From NCBI GenBank assembly GCA_017430985.1, contig JAFRLZ010000069.1, positions 302 to 64,301 of the forward strand: a stretch of 64,000 nucleotides of DNA. Reading direction: 5' to 3'. Shown piece after piece: positions 63,340 to 64,000 of the stretch. The DNA comes from Oscillospiraceae bacterium. GTDB lineage: Bacteria > Bacillota > Clostridia > Oscillospirales > Oscillospiraceae. The notes below the pieces were generated by a model. It ran no database searches. It saw only the letters and a program-made list of their open reading frames with translations, and had not been told where the DNA came from. The position numbers and the translations under genes were made by a program. Each line of letters opens with the position of its first letter. Position 1 is the first letter of the stretch.

Positions 63340-63999
63340 TTACTGGGCGATCTGGCTGACGTACTGCTTGATCGCGCCCGCGCCCGCGATCTTGCGGGGC
63401 TCGCCGTTCTCGCTGACGATCAGCGTGGGCGCCTGCTTGACGCCGTACTGCTTGGCGAGCTCCGGATGCTCGTCGGCCATCAGCTTGTCGTAGGCGAAGC
63501 CGGCCTTATCCATATACTGGCAGGCGATGCGGCAGTTGGGGCAGGTGGGCGTAGCGAAGAGGATGGCCTTCTGCGCGGCGGCCGGTTTCTCGACGGCCAC
63601 GGGCGCTTCGCCAAGAGAAAGCTCTTCCTTCGGCCCCTTGTGGGTCAGATGAGAGTTTTCGATGACGTACTCGCGGCGATCCTGGTATTCCTTCGTCTTG
63701 CCCTCGTTCCAGTTCTGCACCGGGCGGTAGTAGCCGGTGATGCGGCTGTAGACCTCGGCGCTCTTGCCGCAGATCGGGCAGGTGAACTGCTCGCCGTTGA
63801 GATAGCCGTGGTCCTTGCACACCGAGTAGGTGGGGGACATGGTGTAGTAGGGCAGACGGTAATTCTCCGCGATGGTGCGCACGAGGTGCGCCGCGGCCTG
63901 CCAGTCGGGCAGCTTCTCGCCCAGGAAGGCGTGGAAGACGGTGCCGGAGGTATAGCGGGTCTGGAGCTCGTCCTGGATGTCCAGCGCGGCGAAGATGTC
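63340..63999 (-). CDS. nrdD: anaerobic ribonucleoside-triphosphate reductase (class III, NrdD), C-terminal part, fused to a thioredoxin/glutaredoxin-like domain; 5' end outside window
   Basis: ...LQTRYTSGTVFHAFLGE...AENYRLPYYTMSPTYSVCKDHGYL.GE...CP.CG...EVYSRITGYYRPVQNWNEGK (Zn site plus glycyl-radical loop). A linker follows, then ILFATPTCPNCRIACQYMDKAGF...APTLIV with a CxxC. The frame stays open to the window edge. Confidence 0.88.
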   Translation of the reverse strand, partial: DIFAALDIQDELQTRYTSGTVFHAFLGEKLPDWQAAAHLVRTIAENYRLPYYTMSPTYSVCKDHGYLNGEQFTCPICGKSAEVYSRITGYYRPVQNWNEGKTKEYQDRREYVIENSHLTHKGPKEELSLGEAPVAVEKPAAAQKAILFATPTCPNCRIACQYMDKAGFAYDKLMADEHPELAKQYGVKQAPTLIVSENGEPRKIAGAGAIKQYVSQIAQ

Positions 64000-64000
64000 C

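Overview
The window comes from a high-GC, endospore-forming Firmicute, apparently Clostridia-type; that placement is inferred from gene content and synteny only. Positions 1 to about 15200 are the right-hand part of an integrated mobile element whose left end lies outside the window. All its genes are on the + strand: a block of ORFans, a lipoprotein, a DUF932-like gene broken by a perfect 26-bp tandem duplication, a YqaJ-type exonuclease, a RecD-like SF1 helicase, an SSB-like protein with Q/G/P/Y-rich tails, a Lar-like zinc-ribbon protein, and a terminal large serine recombinase. The element's right junction sits inside an alpha/beta-type small acid-soluble spore protein (SASP) gene, of which only the start-less 3' 40 codons remain (15201-15323). 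Two near-identical modules of about 155 nt (2151-2304 and 5491-5646), each a promoter followed by two hairpins and a terminator, head the element's two main operons. I could not assign them to any RNA family; they are the most unexplained structure in the window. The rest (15.3-64 kb) is conserved core genome: a P-type-ATPase homolog lacking its catalytic motifs, a HAD hydrolase, a TetR regulator, type III glutamine synthetase, and spoIIIAA-AH. These are followed by asp23-nusB-xseA-xseB-ispA-dxs-tlyA-nadK-argR-recN, a Tyr T-box with a C_GCAxxG_C_C gene and tyrS, and ybaK/telA/xpaC-like genes on the minus strand. Next come a Val T-box with valS, spoIIAA-spoIIAB-sigF, pcrA, a GNAT, prfC, a sirtuin, a tagA-like gene, tmk, and a 49-aa Cys/Gly-repeat membrane peptide. 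The window ends with mltG, a U32 peptidase, an Ala T-box with alaS, a HIT protein, comEC, holA, a Toprim protein, trxB, and a partial nrdD carrying a C-terminal thioredoxin-like domain. I found no rRNA, tRNA or CRISPR array and no known defence system. All family assignments rest on motifs read by eye from the translations; no database search was possible.
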